The position numbers and the translations under genes are program-made. Under the pieces are notes generated by a model. That model searched no databases, was not told the origin of the DNA, and saw only the letters and a list, made by a program, of their open reading frames with translations. Shown one piece after another: positions 35,503-49,800 of a DNA stretch of 64,000 nt; position 1 is the stretch's first letter, and each line of letters begins with the position of its first letter. Source of the stretch: Azolla caroliniana (Eukaryota > Plantae > Polypodiophyta); assembly GCA_043228905.1 (NCBI GenBank), contig JBHGNT010000015.1:14880001-14944000 (forward strand), read 5' to 3'.

Positions 35503-38500
35503 CCACTTAAGTACAAGGTCATATTTAAGGCGTTATAGTTCACACTTCTACCTAGATTCTATCTAGGTAACTACGAAGTTACATGGTTGACAAACTAACT
35601 AAATTAAGTTGAGCTTGATCTCTCAACATGCCCCCTCAAGCTCAAGTGTGAGGCGTCCGACATCCACTTTGGCTTTCGTCAACTTCGTGTGCTTCCGTCC
35701 GGCCTTCGGCTTTCTTTGCCGTGGTAATCTCGGTTCCTTATACTCGTTGTAATGATGGGCCATATACTCGTTGTAGCCAAGCTGAGTGACGGGATTCTTC
35801 TCTCTAGAAGAGCATCAAAGTTTTTCGCTCACAGATGTGAGCACCTTCTTTGCTCCGGGTGTCCGCATGATGGGTACACTGATCTCACTATCTAGTGAGG
35901 GAGCCAACACATCCGAATCACTGTTGTCGGGCTGATTGACTTCGTATTCGGGCATCTTAGCTTTGCCTTTGTCCAAGTTCGTACTTGGACGCGACGTTGT
36001 CACGTTATTTCGCGCGTGCATGAAAAAGGGCAGGACCACAGGGGTCTCGGACAAGGGAAGAAGGGAAGCCGTGATGACGATTCCGGACGCGTTCCGGAAG
36101 CAACCGAAGGAGAGATAGAAAGAGAGAGAAAGAGAGAGAAAGAGAGAGAAAGAGAGCGTGTGCTTGACACCGACTCACACACACCACGCCGACCCAACTC
36201 ACACCCTTATGTACAGAAACGGAGGTAAGAGGACGCCAAAACACCCACACAGACACCGATACGGAGAACCCTCCACACATATATTACAAGATTAAGATAC
36301 AATATTGGCATCGAGCCCGACCTAAGTAGCTCAGGTTGCAATAGTCGTCTACTGCCAAGCCGTCAGTCGGGGAGCTCTCGGGCTTGTCGCATCGAGTGGG
36401 GTCTTGCACAGGGGGGGACGGGGCAGCAAACAGAGACACTAGATGTCCCGGCTCGATACACAGAATGACAAAGAGGAAGAAGCAGAGGAAGGAAGAAGAA
36501 ACGAAACCCTAAACAAGAGGAAGAGAAAGAGATGATGTCTCTTAATCCAACGGTGTACCCTACCAATGCAAAAAGGGGCAACCCTTTCACAAAGGGCGCT
36601 CCCTTCCTTTTATAGAACAAGGAGAGGGATGCGTTACAATGTGGGACAAATCCCGACTGTCATGGGATTCTCTGTCCCGACTTGACTCCTACTATTCACA
36701 CGTTTCTAGAAAAGGGGGGGTGCACATGGTGCACACCGCCGATTCTCCTGAAATTCTCCGATTCTGCCTAAGGATGGTTTTCTCCACGACATCTGCCCCC
36801 ACCATACCACACATCCACCGGTATGCGCCAAAATGGACTCGTTGCCGGAGAAGACCGGCCCGTACTTACCCTTCATCCTCCGGATCGCCATTCGCTTCGG
36901 ACCGGTTCATCCTCGTGCCGCTTGCCTCTCCGTAGGCTCATTCGACCTGTCAATAGGTCGTTCGTCGTGGCCCCGTAGTACGTGTGTTTCGTCGTTGGCC
37001 CTTCGCTTGGTCGAATGCACGCTCCGCTATCCGCCGTAAGCCCGGGGTCCTCCGCTTGAGTAGCGTCCGTAACGGCCTGCTTGGCCTCAGTACCCTGCCG
37101 CCGTCTTTGCCGCCGCTACCGTCTGTCACTGTCTCGGTCTCATGTTGCCTCTTTGGCCGAACAGCCGGAGTCTCCAGAGTCGATGCGTGCAAAGTACCGG
37201 CACCATTGTGTCCCCTTTGCCTATAGGTGTCCTCTGTGTCCGAGGAATACCCGTAGTAGCCTGCTTGGCCCCCCTTTCGTCTTGTGTTGCTGCCGCCGGG
37301 TTGAAGCCTTTCGCTCGTCGTCGTCCCCTCGCCCCCACCAGCTTGTTGTCTCGAGCTTGGCTTGCCACGCCAGTCGTTGCCACTCTGACCGAGCCGCCAA
37401 GATCTCTGAAGCGGGTGTGCAGGATCCTTCTCCGGCCCGTGTATCATTTCCGGTCTCCGAGCCGTGCAGTTTGTCGCGTGCCCCTTTCCGCGTTCCCAAC
37501 ACCACCGTGTGCGTGCCGTCCTTTAGTCGTGCTCCGATTCGGCCCTCGATGGCCAGTTGCACTATTATTCTTCATCTTTGGGTGTGCCATTCCCGGCTTG
37601 GCACACTGCCCGTACTTGCCCTTGCCGGCTCTTGTCGATGTCGGGTCCCGTTCCTCACCACTACCATCCTTCTCTCTCGGTCTCATGTTGCCTCGTTGGC
37701 CGAACTGCCGGAATCTCTGGATCGGTGTGAAGATCCCATAGGACCGGTCTTCGTTTCGTTGCTTGCGGAAATTCGGGTGACCTTTGTTTGAATCCCTCCC
37801 GGACTCTCCTCGTGTCTTCCGCATAATCGGGTCCCGTTTCCCGCCGCCACCAGCCTTCTCTCGAGGTCTCACGTTGCCACGTTGGCCGAACTGCCGGAGT
37901 CTCCGGTTTGGTGTGGGGATCCCGTAGGACCGGACTTCCTTATGCTCGTGACCTTGCCGGTAGGTCCAATTTAGTTCGTAGCCGCTTCGCCGGTCTGATA
38001 CCTTCCTTCTCTGCTTTCCGTCGTCCGATCACATTCACTTGCCGCCACCGTCCTTTCCTATAGGACTCACGCCGGCTCTCGGGCCGACTACCGGATCGCT
38101 GTGAGGATCTTCGTGGGACCTCGGTTTGCCCGCCTTGCCGCCGCCACCGTTCTTCGCTCTAGGTCTCACGCCGGCTCTCGGGCCGACCACCGGAGTCTCT
38201 AGAACCGGTGAGTGTAAGGTCGCTGTAGCACAGCTCGCTGTCTTGTCACGTTCACCTACCACCACCGACCTCTCCTATAGGACTCACGCTGACACTCGGG
38301 CTGACAGCCGGATCGGTGTGAGGATCTCCGTAGACTGCCCGTCCATAGTTCTTCGCCTTCGTCCCCTCGCCGCCACCGATCGTCACTCTAGGTCTCACGC
38401 CGGCTCTCAGACCGACCACCGGAGTCTGTAGAACCGGTGTGAAGGATCCTCCTCGGGCTTGTCGTATCTCTGACCCTTATCCTAGGTCTTCCTTCTTTCG

Positions 38501-41500
38501 TGAGCCAAGAGGGTGGCTCGCTCCACGCCCTCTCCCATGGTACTGACGTACCATGTTCCCGGCCTCTCCGTAGGCCTACTCTCTTCCTCCCTCCCGAAAT
38601 GGTTATCCAGGAGTCCGCTTCGCCCGGTTCTCGTCCGGGTCTGTCTGTCATTCTCTGGATTGCCGGGTCCCGTTCTCCTATCGCCACTGATCTTTCCTAT
38701 AGGACTCACGCCGGCACTCGGGTCAACAACCAGATCGATGTGAGGATCTCCGTAGGACCGGTCTTCGTTCTCCTCTTCATCCCTCCCGTACTTCTCCCGA
38801 ACTCGTCGTCGCTCTCCTCGTTGTGCTCCCACCTCCATCTTCCATCTCTTTCGGTCTCACGTTGCCACGTCGGCCGAACTGCCGAAGTCTCCGGACAGGA
38901 TGTGGGGTAACCGATTTCGCAACATCTTTCGGCGACTCGTCCGGGGCGACCGACCCTTTTAGTGGTGTCAGTGGATAGCATCCGCTCTGTGATCAACCAA
39001 GCCCGCCTGGGCTTGGTTCTCCAATGTCCGGAGTTTCGGCTCTGAAGCTGACCTCTCCGGACTCGTTCCGAACCCTTTGATCACCTTCCTTCCAATTCCC
39101 GACCTTCGCCCGGTCGGTATTTCTCCTCATGTTAAAGAGGGCGGCTCGTCTTGCACCATCTCCCGTATCGGCACCTTCATGCCGAATCCGGCCCCGATCA
39201 AACAATCCACGACCGGATTACGCTCCACCCGTATCGGAGCATCTCACGGTTCGGTCCCCGGTCGGGTCATTTCTTGGTCTCTTCGTCGACCTTTTCGTGT
39301 GCCATCTCCCAACCATCTTCGTTGGCATCGTGCCAGGACTCCTTAATACCGTCATCCATCTCCTCGGTCTCACATGGGCATAAGGGCCCGAATGCCGAGT
39401 TCTCCGGAATCGGGTCCGAGGGCTTTCGTCCACTCCTTTCCCGTATCGTCTTGCCGGTGATTCTCGATCCCTCGCCGCCGCCTTCCTCCTCTTGGGACTC
39501 ACCTGGGCACTCGGGCCCGACTGCCATGGTCTCGGGAGCAAGTGTGGGAAGACACGAAGAATCGCCCGTCCGCTTTATGCCCTTGTCCGTAGCCACCGAC
39601 TCTTCGTGGTCAACGGTCATCTCCTTACTGATCGCGCAAGCCCCTGCTTGGGGTTTCTCCAATGTCTGGGGTTTCAGGCTACCACGCCCGAAACCGCTAG
39701 TTCCAACGTTCCGATTCCACGATCGGTATCTCAGCCTCGTCCTCGGCCGTTCTTTCTCCGCAAGTTGAGAGGGCATTTTGTTCCCCACCCTCTCCCGTGG
39801 CACCGTCGTACCGATCTCCTGCCATCGCGTGGGGCAAGTCCGTCTCCTCGGTCTTGGCTTGTGGCCTCGATCTTTCCTCTTCCTCGAGCATCGCCTGGAG
39901 AGCTGCGTATGCCTCCGCAATCCTGGGCCTGAAGTCGAGCTTGCCGATTCTCTTTGTCGTTTGGCCTCTTCCCGCTGTGATGGCACGCTGTCACGTGCCT
40001 TCCCCTTTGCCTTCTCGGCTCGCTCGTCATCCAGCCGTTGGCACACCCTTCCGACCTTCGACCAGTCCTCGGTGAGGCCATTCGCTCCGTCCTCATTTTC
40101 GAGGTCAATCCTGATGGCCTCCCATTCCGCTCGGTCTATCGACTTAACGAACAACAGGACTTTGTCCGCCCCCACCAAACCTTGTTCCCGCTCTGGGAGC
40201 CGAACAAGTCGTCGCTCGTACTCTCGGAATGCCTTTGTTGCTCCCCGGTGGGTCTTTGCCGATGCTACCCACTAGTCGAAGCCGCGTCGTCCCCGACTCT
40301 TCCGCTGTCCCCCATAAGCCTGCAGGAGAGCCTCTTCGAAGGCCTCCCACGAACTATGAGCTTCTCGGAGCTCCTTCACTTCCGCGTGCATACGGACGAC
40401 GATGATCCGACAGAAGAACTCCAGCCTCAACGCCTCAACTACATCTCGCTCCTCCATTTCCGCGTTGTACGCATCCAAGTAGAATGGGACTTTGTCCCTG
40501 TTGAACCGTCCGACTCTTTTGACCACGCATTCGACAGCTTGCTGCGCCGCCTCTCTTCTTGTTGTTGCTCGTCCAAACTCCCTCACCGCTTCGACAAAAA
40601 GTTGCGCGAAGTCGTCTTCTTCCGACTCCATCCTCCCTTTGCCGCCTTTCACGCCGGGTTCACCAGATATGTCGCGTTATTTCGCACGTGCGTGAAAAAG
40701 GGCGGGACCACGGGGGTCTCGGACAAGGGAAGAAGGGAAGCTGTGATGACGATTCCGGACGCGTTTCGGAAGCAACCGAATGAGAGAGACAAAGAGAGAG
40801 AAAGAGAGTGCGCGCTTGACACCGAGTCACATACACACACACACACACACCATGCCGACCCAACTCACACCCTTATGTACAGAAAGGGAGGTAAGAGGAC
40901 GCCAAAACACCCACACAAACACCGATACGCAGAACCCTCCACACATATATTACAAGATTAAGATACAATACTGGCATCGAGCCTGACCTAAGTAGCTCAG
41001 GTTGCAACAGTCGTCTACTGCCAAGCCGCCAATCGGGGAGCTCTCGAGCTTGTCGCGCCGAGCAGGGTCTTGCACAGGGGGTGGACGGGGCAGCAAACAG
41101 AGACACTAGAAGTCCCGGCTCGATACACAGAACGACGAAGAGGAAAAAGCAGAGGAAGGAAGAAGAACAAAACCCTAAACAAGGGGAAGAGAAAGAGATG
41201 ATGTCTCTTAATCCAACGGTATACCCTACGAATGCAAAAATGGGCAACCCTTTCACAAAGGGCGCCCCCTTCCTTTTATAGAACAAGGAGAGGGATGCGT
41301 TACAATGTGGCATAAATCCTGACTGTCATGGGATTCTCTGTCCCGACTTGACTCCTACTATTCACACGTTTCTACAAAAGGGGGGGTGCACATGGTGCAC
41401 ACCGCCGATTCTCCCGAAATTCTCTGATTCCGCCTAGGGATGGTTTTCTCCACGACAACGTGCTTGGGTCGCGTGGGGGCTCTTGTGGCCCACTAGGCTT

Positions 41501-44428
41501 TGCTGTAATCGGACTTTCTTCGAACATGTGTTCGAAGCAATCTCCATCTTCTACCTCTTGTTCGGCGGATTCTGGATCGACCGGAGTCGGAGTCGAAGTT
41601 ACCTCTGGTGCGTACCACAATGCGAACTCGTCGAAGACTACGTCTCGACTTACCTGAAACGCTCTGGTGAAGGGTTGTAACACTTGTAAGCCTTCTTCTC
41701 GGACGAGTTTCCTATGAGGATACATTCCTCTGACTTCGCGTCGGGCTTCTGTTGTTGTTCGTTCGGGATGTGTACATTCGCAATGCTTCCGAACACCTTG
41801 AGGTGCGATAGGATCGGCTTCCTTCCGACGAGGAGCTTGTATGGAGTTAGCTCATGGACTCCATTGGTGGTGCACCAGTTCATGAGATAGACGGCCGTGG
41901 ATGCCGCTTCGGCCCAATAGAAATTCGGCATGTGCTTCTCATGCATCCTGGCGAGTGCTACCTCAACTACTTGCCGATTCTTCCTGTCGGCTACTCCATT
42001 TTCTTGGGGTGTGTGTCGGCATGAGAATTCTCTCCGAATGCCTTCACTTTGGAGGTAGGGGGTTAATTCGTCGGAGAAGTACTCCTTCCCTCCATCCGAT
42101 CGTAGGCGTCGAATGAGCCGACCAGTTTCTTTTTCGACTTGCCCCTTGAGGTTTTGGAAGTGGGAGAACACTTCGCTTTTCTTCTTCATCGGGTAGATCC
42201 ATGCATAGCGCGAGTAGTCATTGATGAAGGTTATGTAGTATCGGCATCTGCCGATTGTCGGCGTTTGAGCCGGTCCCCACACATCCGAGTGTATGACGTC
42301 GAGGAGGCCTTTGCTTGTAGAGCTCTCCTTCGGGAATGGGAGTCGATGTTGTTTGCCGAGTTGACACGCTTTGTATACTCGGTCGACTCGTTTCAACTCG
42401 AATGTTGGAAGTCCGATGACAACTCACTTGGTTTGCATCGCTCGTAACCGTTGGAGGTTTATGTGGCCGATTCTCTTGTGCTACAACTCGATGCTTGTCT
42501 CGGTTTTGAGACCTTTGGCGTACATTGCTGATTTCACCTCGTTCGAATCAAGGATGAACATTTGGCCGTCTCTCCACCCCTTAGCTATGAGTCGGCCATC
42601 TTTCTCAATGAAACAACCTTCGTTGTTGAAGTGAACTTGCATGCCTTGCTCCACGATTTGGCCGACCGAGACCAAATTCTTCATTATTGTGGGCACATGC
42701 AAGACATTCTTGATGCAAGTTTGCTCGCCTTCTTTCCCGAATGGGACATTGTCGATGTGCCGAATGGGGTGCGTGGTGTCGTCTCCCGTCTCTATGAAGC
42801 CGGGTCAATCCGTCATTCGTAAATCACGAAACTGCTCTTCTTGAGATGTCATGTGATGTGAGGCGCCGGAGTCGACGAACCACACGTCTTTCGAGTTGGA
42901 GGTGCTTATGGAGTTGGAGGCCGACATAGAGTTCGCTCTATGCCGCATTCCGAATAGTCCACCATAATCATCGTATTCGGAGTTGACGGCTTAATTCGTG
43001 TGTTGTCGACTTGTGGAAATCGACTCGCTTCTTCTTTTTCGGCATTCCTCCTCGCGGTGGCTGATTTTGTTGCAATAGTTGCAAGTTGTGGGCCTCGTTT
43101 GCCGACCATGTTCGGCGTGGAAGCTCCCCCTTCTTCCGAAGGTTCCTTGATGGCTTCCGTGAAGGTTTGAGTTCCCTTCGTGTGATGGGTTGAATTGACC
43201 TCTTCTACACCGTGACCTCCTCCTCGGCCACCGTCCGAATTCGAGAAGAACATTTGTCCTTCCGACATCTTGCTTTTGGTTCGGACGTGGTTCTCTTCGA
43301 CCAATAGCATTGATTGGAGGTCGAAGAATGAGGGAGGGTTTTCTCTCGCCAAGATTGCTGTCCGTAATGGATCGAATCATTGTGTGAGGCCGCCCAAGCA
43401 TACTTGAACCATCTCGTCTTCGTCGACGTTTATTTTGATGGAGCCAAGAGAGTCGCAAATGCTCTTGATCTTGGCAGTGTAGTCCAACACAAACATGTCT
43501 TTTTGCCATTTGTTGTTCAACTCTTGTCGGAGTTGAAGCTTTCGGGCGGTCTTGTTGGCGGCGAACATTTTATTGAGATTCTCCCATGCGTCTTGGCATC
43601 TCGAATGTGGTTAAGCATGTGGTCGTGGACACATGTTGCCAAACAATACATGACTTGACTCTCCGCTTGCTCCCATGTTGCGTAGTCGGCATTCTTTGAG
43701 TCGGGTCGATTTTCTTGAGAGCCATTAATGTAGCTCCAATACCCTTGGCCGATGAGGTATTGGGTCATCTTGTACTCCCAAGATGAATAATTACTCTGAT
43801 CTAGCTTTTCAGTAGGGACCAAGCTACCCATTTGTGTGTTCATGTTGATTGTGTCTTCTCTTCTTTTGCTTTTCTTCCTTCGATCACGTACACGTGGTAC
43901 GTAGCGGCACTACGGTAGCCGATAGCCGTATTTTGTCGTCGGCGTCTCGAACACACAATCACGGAGTCGGGTGGGCTTAGTGGATTTTTTAAACCACACA
44001 CTCTGATACCATGTTAAGAATTAGGTAAGTAATTAAGCAAGGATTAATTGAGCAGAAGATTATGTGATATGTGTGTGTATGTGTGTGAGAGGAAGAGAGA
44101 AAGAGAGAGATACACTTATGAACAACACATGATGGGGGATGAGTAACTATATTATTAGCTTTATCATCATCAAATACAAAAATACCCACAATGAGGTATG
44201 TATACATCTCATGTGCAAAGGTGCACATGTGTGAGTGGAATATAGGTACTAAGGTGTAAGTCCTATATTAAATGTACTTAGGAGTGGAGGATGTAGAATA
44301 TCCCACTTAAGTACAAGGTCATATTTAAGGCGTTATAGTCAACACTTCTAAGTAGATTCTATCTAGGTAACTATGAAGTTACATGGTTGACTAACTAACT
44401 AAACTAAGTTTAGCTTGATCTCTCAACA
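35503..44428 (-). mobile_element. Ty1/Copia element lacking RT/RNase H (same family as 4922-7929), carrying a nested Gypsy
   Basis: 5' LTR 44012-44428, PBS TGGTATCAGAG, gag 43843-42900, PR WFVDSGASHHM, INT 42396-41650; after the INT linker the sequence runs straight to the PPT (35629-35640) and a partial 3' LTR 35503-35628. Confidence 0.9.
35998..41457 (-). mobile_element. Complete non-autonomous Gypsy (gag-only) element with 4-bp TSD
   Basis: LTRs 35998-36791 and 40670-41457, highly similar; TSD ACGT/ACGT; tRNA-Trp PBS at 40648-40665; PPT at 36792-36808; gag from 40652; no PR, RT, RH or INT motifs seen. Confidence 0.92.
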
Positions 44429-46117
44429 TCAATAAACATGAAAATGGCATCACAACAACCCAAGTTTCCTTAAATGCGAGTGATGTCATGGAATGTTTCA
44501 GGGGTTAGGGGGGGCCTTATATAGAGGATACAAACATCGTCTCCGTCAAGAGATTAATAAATGTGCAGTGGGTGGATCCTTAGATTTTCTTTTAATACAA
44601 GAACATCATTTAAATACTTTTAGAATTTCTCATTATGGTTCTATTCTATCTGGAAACTGGGACATGTTCTGGTCTCTCGCAGTGGGCAACACAGAAGTCC
44701 GTGGTAGAGTTTGTATGGCTATTTCTCATAGGTGGATTCCCTACATTATCCAAAAACAAGTGGTCATTCTTGGAAGGGCTCAATATGTTATTATACAGAA
44801 AGCACAGATTACATGGGGACTCTTGAATATATATGCTCCCAATACTGCCTCTGCACAGCAACAATTTTGGAAAGATTTATTAAATAATCTGCCTCCCCTT
44901 GATCATTGGTGTATCGCTGGTGATTTTAACATGCTTGAGGACCCCATTGATAGAATGGGAGGTAGCTCAACCATGATACATGGCCATGAATTAGCAATGT
45001 GGGAACAATTGGTGTTTTCCTTATAAATATTAGATGCTTGGCAAGCTCCTTTGATGGTTCATAGAAACACCTCACTTTTGTTTTCAAGATCATATAGGTG
45101 TGTAAATGGTACTAATTTAGCGCGATTGGATAGATTCTATGTATCTGGAAAATTTATTTCAGCAACTGGTATAGTACATATAATGTCGGGAACTACCTTC
45201 TCTGATCATGCTCCAGTTATCATGTCAATTTCGACCCAAAACCCTAAGGAATTCTCCAATCTGAAAATTCCTGAACATGTGTTGTTAGACAATAGCTTTT
45301 CCTTACAAATGGCTGAATTATGGTCTCAAAAAGATGTTGTACAGGAATCAATGGCTATGCGGGTAGCTAATGGCTTACGATGTATTTCAAAAAAATTCAG
45401 GGATAAATCCAAGCAGAGGTTTTCCATGCTACAAGAAAAGGAGAAACGGTCACGTACTTCTCTTGTTTCTCTACAACGATTACAAGAACGTTATCCACAT
45501 TGCACGTTGATTGTTGAGAAACTTGCGTCATCAAGACAAGAACTTGCTATACTATTAGTAAAACGTGCAGAATTTCAATATCATCATCGGGAAGCTAATT
45601 GGACCCAAATAGGTGATAAACGCACAACTAAATTTTTTCATGCCATGAGACCAAATCATAATGCGGTTTCAATCAAACAACTACAACATGAGAATGGAAC
45701 TATCTCATCTTACCCTCAAGTGATGAGAGAAATAGCCACACGATACTATACTAACCTATTATCAGTTGTTTCCTTCTCCGATGAGGATTTAATAAGTCGG
45801 TCTTGTGTATGGAATAAATTGAGTTCAAGAATAACACAAGATATGAATGTCATGCTCCAAAACATTCTTACTTATGAGGAATTGAGTGAAGCACTCCAAG
45901 CTTTGCCTAAAAATTGTTGTCCAGGTATTGACGGTTTAACCCCAACATTCTTCATTAGATATTGGGACTTGTTCAAAGCAGATTTATGTACAACATTCTT
46001 AACATCCAATTACGACACTCCTTATTGGCATTTTCAGCCACCGAAATGGTTGTTTCCCCCGCCAATCACATAGAGGTTTAAAATCTTGTAAATTGTTTAT
46101 ACTAATGACAGGATATC

Positions 46118-46122
<5 letters not shown>

Positions 46123-46159
<37 letters not shown>

Positions 46160-46862
46160 TACACATACATGCATGCATTACATACTTAGACATACATATT
46201 AAAATTGGCCATATATATTGACATACATATATACATAATACATACATAAAAATTACATATTACACACATGCTGTTATACACACAATTATATACAAATGCA
46301 AATATACAAACCAAACACGAAAAAATAAATTACATACATACACATACACACATTCCATACATACAATACAATACAATATGTACATACATACATACACACA
46401 TCACACATGCATACCACATACATGAATCTATACCTACATTCATATATCACGCATCACACATGCATATATACCTACATTCAAAGATTACATCCATGAATAT
46501 GTATATACATACATTACACCCATTTATACATGCTTTTTGACTAAACATAAATATATGTACAAATATATATTACCATATATAAATATGTACATACACATAC
46601 TGAATACATATTAGAATCAACCATATATATTGACATACATATATACATAATATATACAATAAAATTACATATTACATATATACATAGACAAATGCATACA
46701 TACATACAAAACACAAAAAAATAAATTACATATTATATATATACACATACACATACATATTAATACCTAAGATTACATATTATATGTATACAAATCTTCA
46801 TACTTACAATTTTAACAAACAAGTTACATATTTTACATATATATACACATGCACACACACAA
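46123..46862. repeat. (TA)n plus TACA/CA-rich degenerate satellite
   Basis: (TA)n at 46123-46154; 46205-46265 resembles 46620-46680; 46460-46598 nearly duplicates 34540-34679. Confidence 0.85.
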
Positions 46863-49800
46863 ATTTTTTTATTTTATTTTATTTCCTGAAAAATATCCTT
46901 TCATTAGTTATGAACAATTATTACAATAAAAACTGACCTACCATCAAGCTACCATTGATCTGGTGCATTCTTCCTTAGGTCCCATCCCTCAAGGATAAAT
47001 AGTATGAACACTCCACCACTCCTTAACTAAGTTATGTGATTGGTGGTGGGAACAACCATACTGGTGGTGCTAAGCACCATTTAGGTCTTGAATTTGGTAC
47101 TGTGAGGAAAGGGGCCTTCTTCCAATAGGCAATAAATTCGAGACGTTGCAACATTGCAGCATCTGTCTCACCTTTAATATCCTCATACCGCCCTTTCAAA
47201 GTATGTACCATCTCCATCCAGACATTCCGTACACTTTCCACTAGATGAACAATAGTATTACCAAACACCTTAGAACACCTAGCAGTCCAAATAAACCACA
47301 TTGTGGTGGTGCATAGTAGCTCCCATACTTCTTGCGTTGTCTTTAACATGTAAGGAGCCTCCATTTGACTTCGCTGCACCACCATTATCATTCCTCTTTG
47401 AATTCTAATAATCGTGTCATTTGGGCATGCCTCATATGGCCACGTCACGTGTGCCACTATAGCCCATACTACCATACCCCATGAAAAACTAGAATCCCTA
47501 AACATACAGGCAAGAACTCGGAACACTCGTCTCCAAACTTGTTGTGCAACATGACATTCCCACAAGCAATGTTTCAATGTCTCCATCTGACAACTACAAT
47601 AGATGCATGCGGCCGGTGCAGCTGATTGTTGCAACCATTGGCCAACTGTTCATATCTTGCTTCCTTTTCCATAATGTTCTCCAAAACTTTGTCAGGAATT
47701 CGGATGTGATCCCTTGGTGGGTCCAAAATTGACTCGCTCGTGGTGTAGTCCTACGTTGAGCTGCCAAAGTGTGTCGTCCAATCTTAACTGAGTACTGAAA
47801 AAAACCACACCAAACGGATCAAACGAATCATTCCACCAAAATTCTCCCGGATCCCATTGCAACCTTATCAAAGGTTTCTTTTCAAAAAATCTTAGTTTCC
47901 AATGCTCCTTGACTGCCTCAACTTGTGGGTCGATGATCCACTTAGATCCGTCATAAGCCAGGCCCCTTATTTTAGAAGATGTAGCATATTGCAAGATCTC
48001 TATTTGTATCGCTGCTCTACATATACTACCATCTTCCTCCACATGATAGACTTGATATCGTCCGCAAGAAAAATGTCCCCTTATCCCCACTAGCACTTGA
48101 AGCCTCGTAAATGCTCCTTCCCAGTTGGGAGGATTAAAGGACTATACCGTAGAGGCTGAGTGCCCCAAAACCAACTGCACCTGGTCCCAGATAATCAGCC
48201 CCCCTCTCAAGGAAGACAAGAATTCTGATATGTCATTTATATTCAGAGTATGAAATGATTTCTATGCATGAATGGACGCTCCTGGCCCTACATCGAGCTT
48301 GGCCCAATCCAATCGCATACGGGTCCCCAACATGTGCCCTGAGGGCAAACACATATTCGGATTCCACACTAAGTTTTGTCTCAAGTATTCCTCCTCACAT
48401 GTTGGTACACCATGTTCCAACCCTTTATGTACATGCTCCCATGCTCGTAGAAGACCATTAAAAAATTTGTCTTCCCAATTCCTAGTCATAACATGTTTCT
48501 TGTCTGGTATAAAGATCCACCTTATGCTATCAACCCATAATCCACCCATCGGCGGAGCACAACGATACAGTCTTTGCATAAGCAATTGCTTCCAACGAGC
48601 ATGTCCTGGTAAAAGGCCACGAACTATTAGCTTTGCTAACAAGACCATGCATTGGTCTAATGGATCTATAATCCCTAGACCACCATATTGCTTCAGGGTT
48701 ATTAGTGTACTCCAAGCCACCTTCGCTCTTACATGACTCTTATCCTCCCCAACCCATATAAAATTCCTAACCTGCACTCCAAGATATCAAACCGCAACTC
48801 CTCTTTGAGTCCATTGGAAAGTATGATGTGGTGCCCAACAAGGCTGTGGTTCCTTGCTCACCCAAAATGCTATAAAATTCCTAACCTGCACTCCAAGATA
48901 TCGAACCGCAACTCCTCTTTGAGTCCATTGGAAAGTATGATGTGGTGCCCAACAAGGCTGTGGTTCCTTGCTCACCCAAAATGCAACAGTTTTCTCCCAA
49001 TTTAACTTAGTTCCAGACACTATACAAAACTCTGACAAAGCCCCTTGTACTTGTTGCAAATTCATTAGAGTCCCATCCACATATAATGCAGTATCATCTG
49101 CAAATTTCGAGTCCAATATATCTTGTCCATGCATTGGCATTGCCAAACCACGCAAGCCTGTAGATTGTGATGATATAAATACATGCATTGCTTCCGCAAA
49201 CAAAAGGAACAAAAATGGTGCGAGTGGACATCCTTAGTGGATGGATCGAGTAATGTTAAACCGAGGTCCTAGTCCACCTGCCAACAACACCTGACTATGT
49301 GCATTTCTATAAAGAGAAGAAACACCCTTAATCCATGCTGTGTTGAAGCCCAAGTGATGCATAGTACCTTCCAAAAAATTCCAGTCAACCCTATCATATG
49401 CTTTCTCAAAATCTAAAAGCAACACGGCTAGGTTTTGTTTGTTTTTTACCGCTATTGCAGTAGCCTCCCAAAATGTTAAAACATTATCTATAATACTCCT
49501 TTCCCTCATAAAACCAATTTGCGATACATGAATTATCTTTGGTAATACCTCTTGTAACTGAGAACTAAGCAACTTAGCAAATAGTTTATAACTAGTATTC
49601 AAGAGGGTGATTTGTCTCCACTTACGAATATCTTCTGAAATCCCTTCTGTTTTAGGTATAAGATAAATAAGCTCCTCAGATAATGACATGGGCATCTCTC
49701 CACTTTCAAACATATGTTGGTAAGCATCTTTTAAATCTTTCTTTAGTATCCCCCAATATTTCTTGTAGAATTTAGGTGTAAGTCCATCCACTCCAGGACA

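Larger units (their letters stand above)
34700..46122 (+). mobile_element. L1-clade LINE #1 (ORF1 remnant 34891-35500; ORF2 endonuclease 44474-46000; RT deleted), split by a Copia insertion
   Basis: ORF1 remnant homologous to 52099-52971; EN motifs SWNV, LIQEHH, NIYAPN, AGDFN, RLDRFY, SDHAPV; jumps from PGIDG to the terminal WLFPPPIT shared with LINE #2. Confidence 0.85.

Noticed and set aside
38060-38720. Internal TCACGCCGG repeats as extra primer-binding sites
   Set aside because: Only 9 nt are shared with the PBS and the essential TGG (CCA-complement) end is missing.
36950-40961. Many overlapping long ORFs, including plus-strand 40038-40961 and 37081-37791
   Set aside because: High GC suppresses stop codons; these are antisense or off-frame shadows of the gag-only element.
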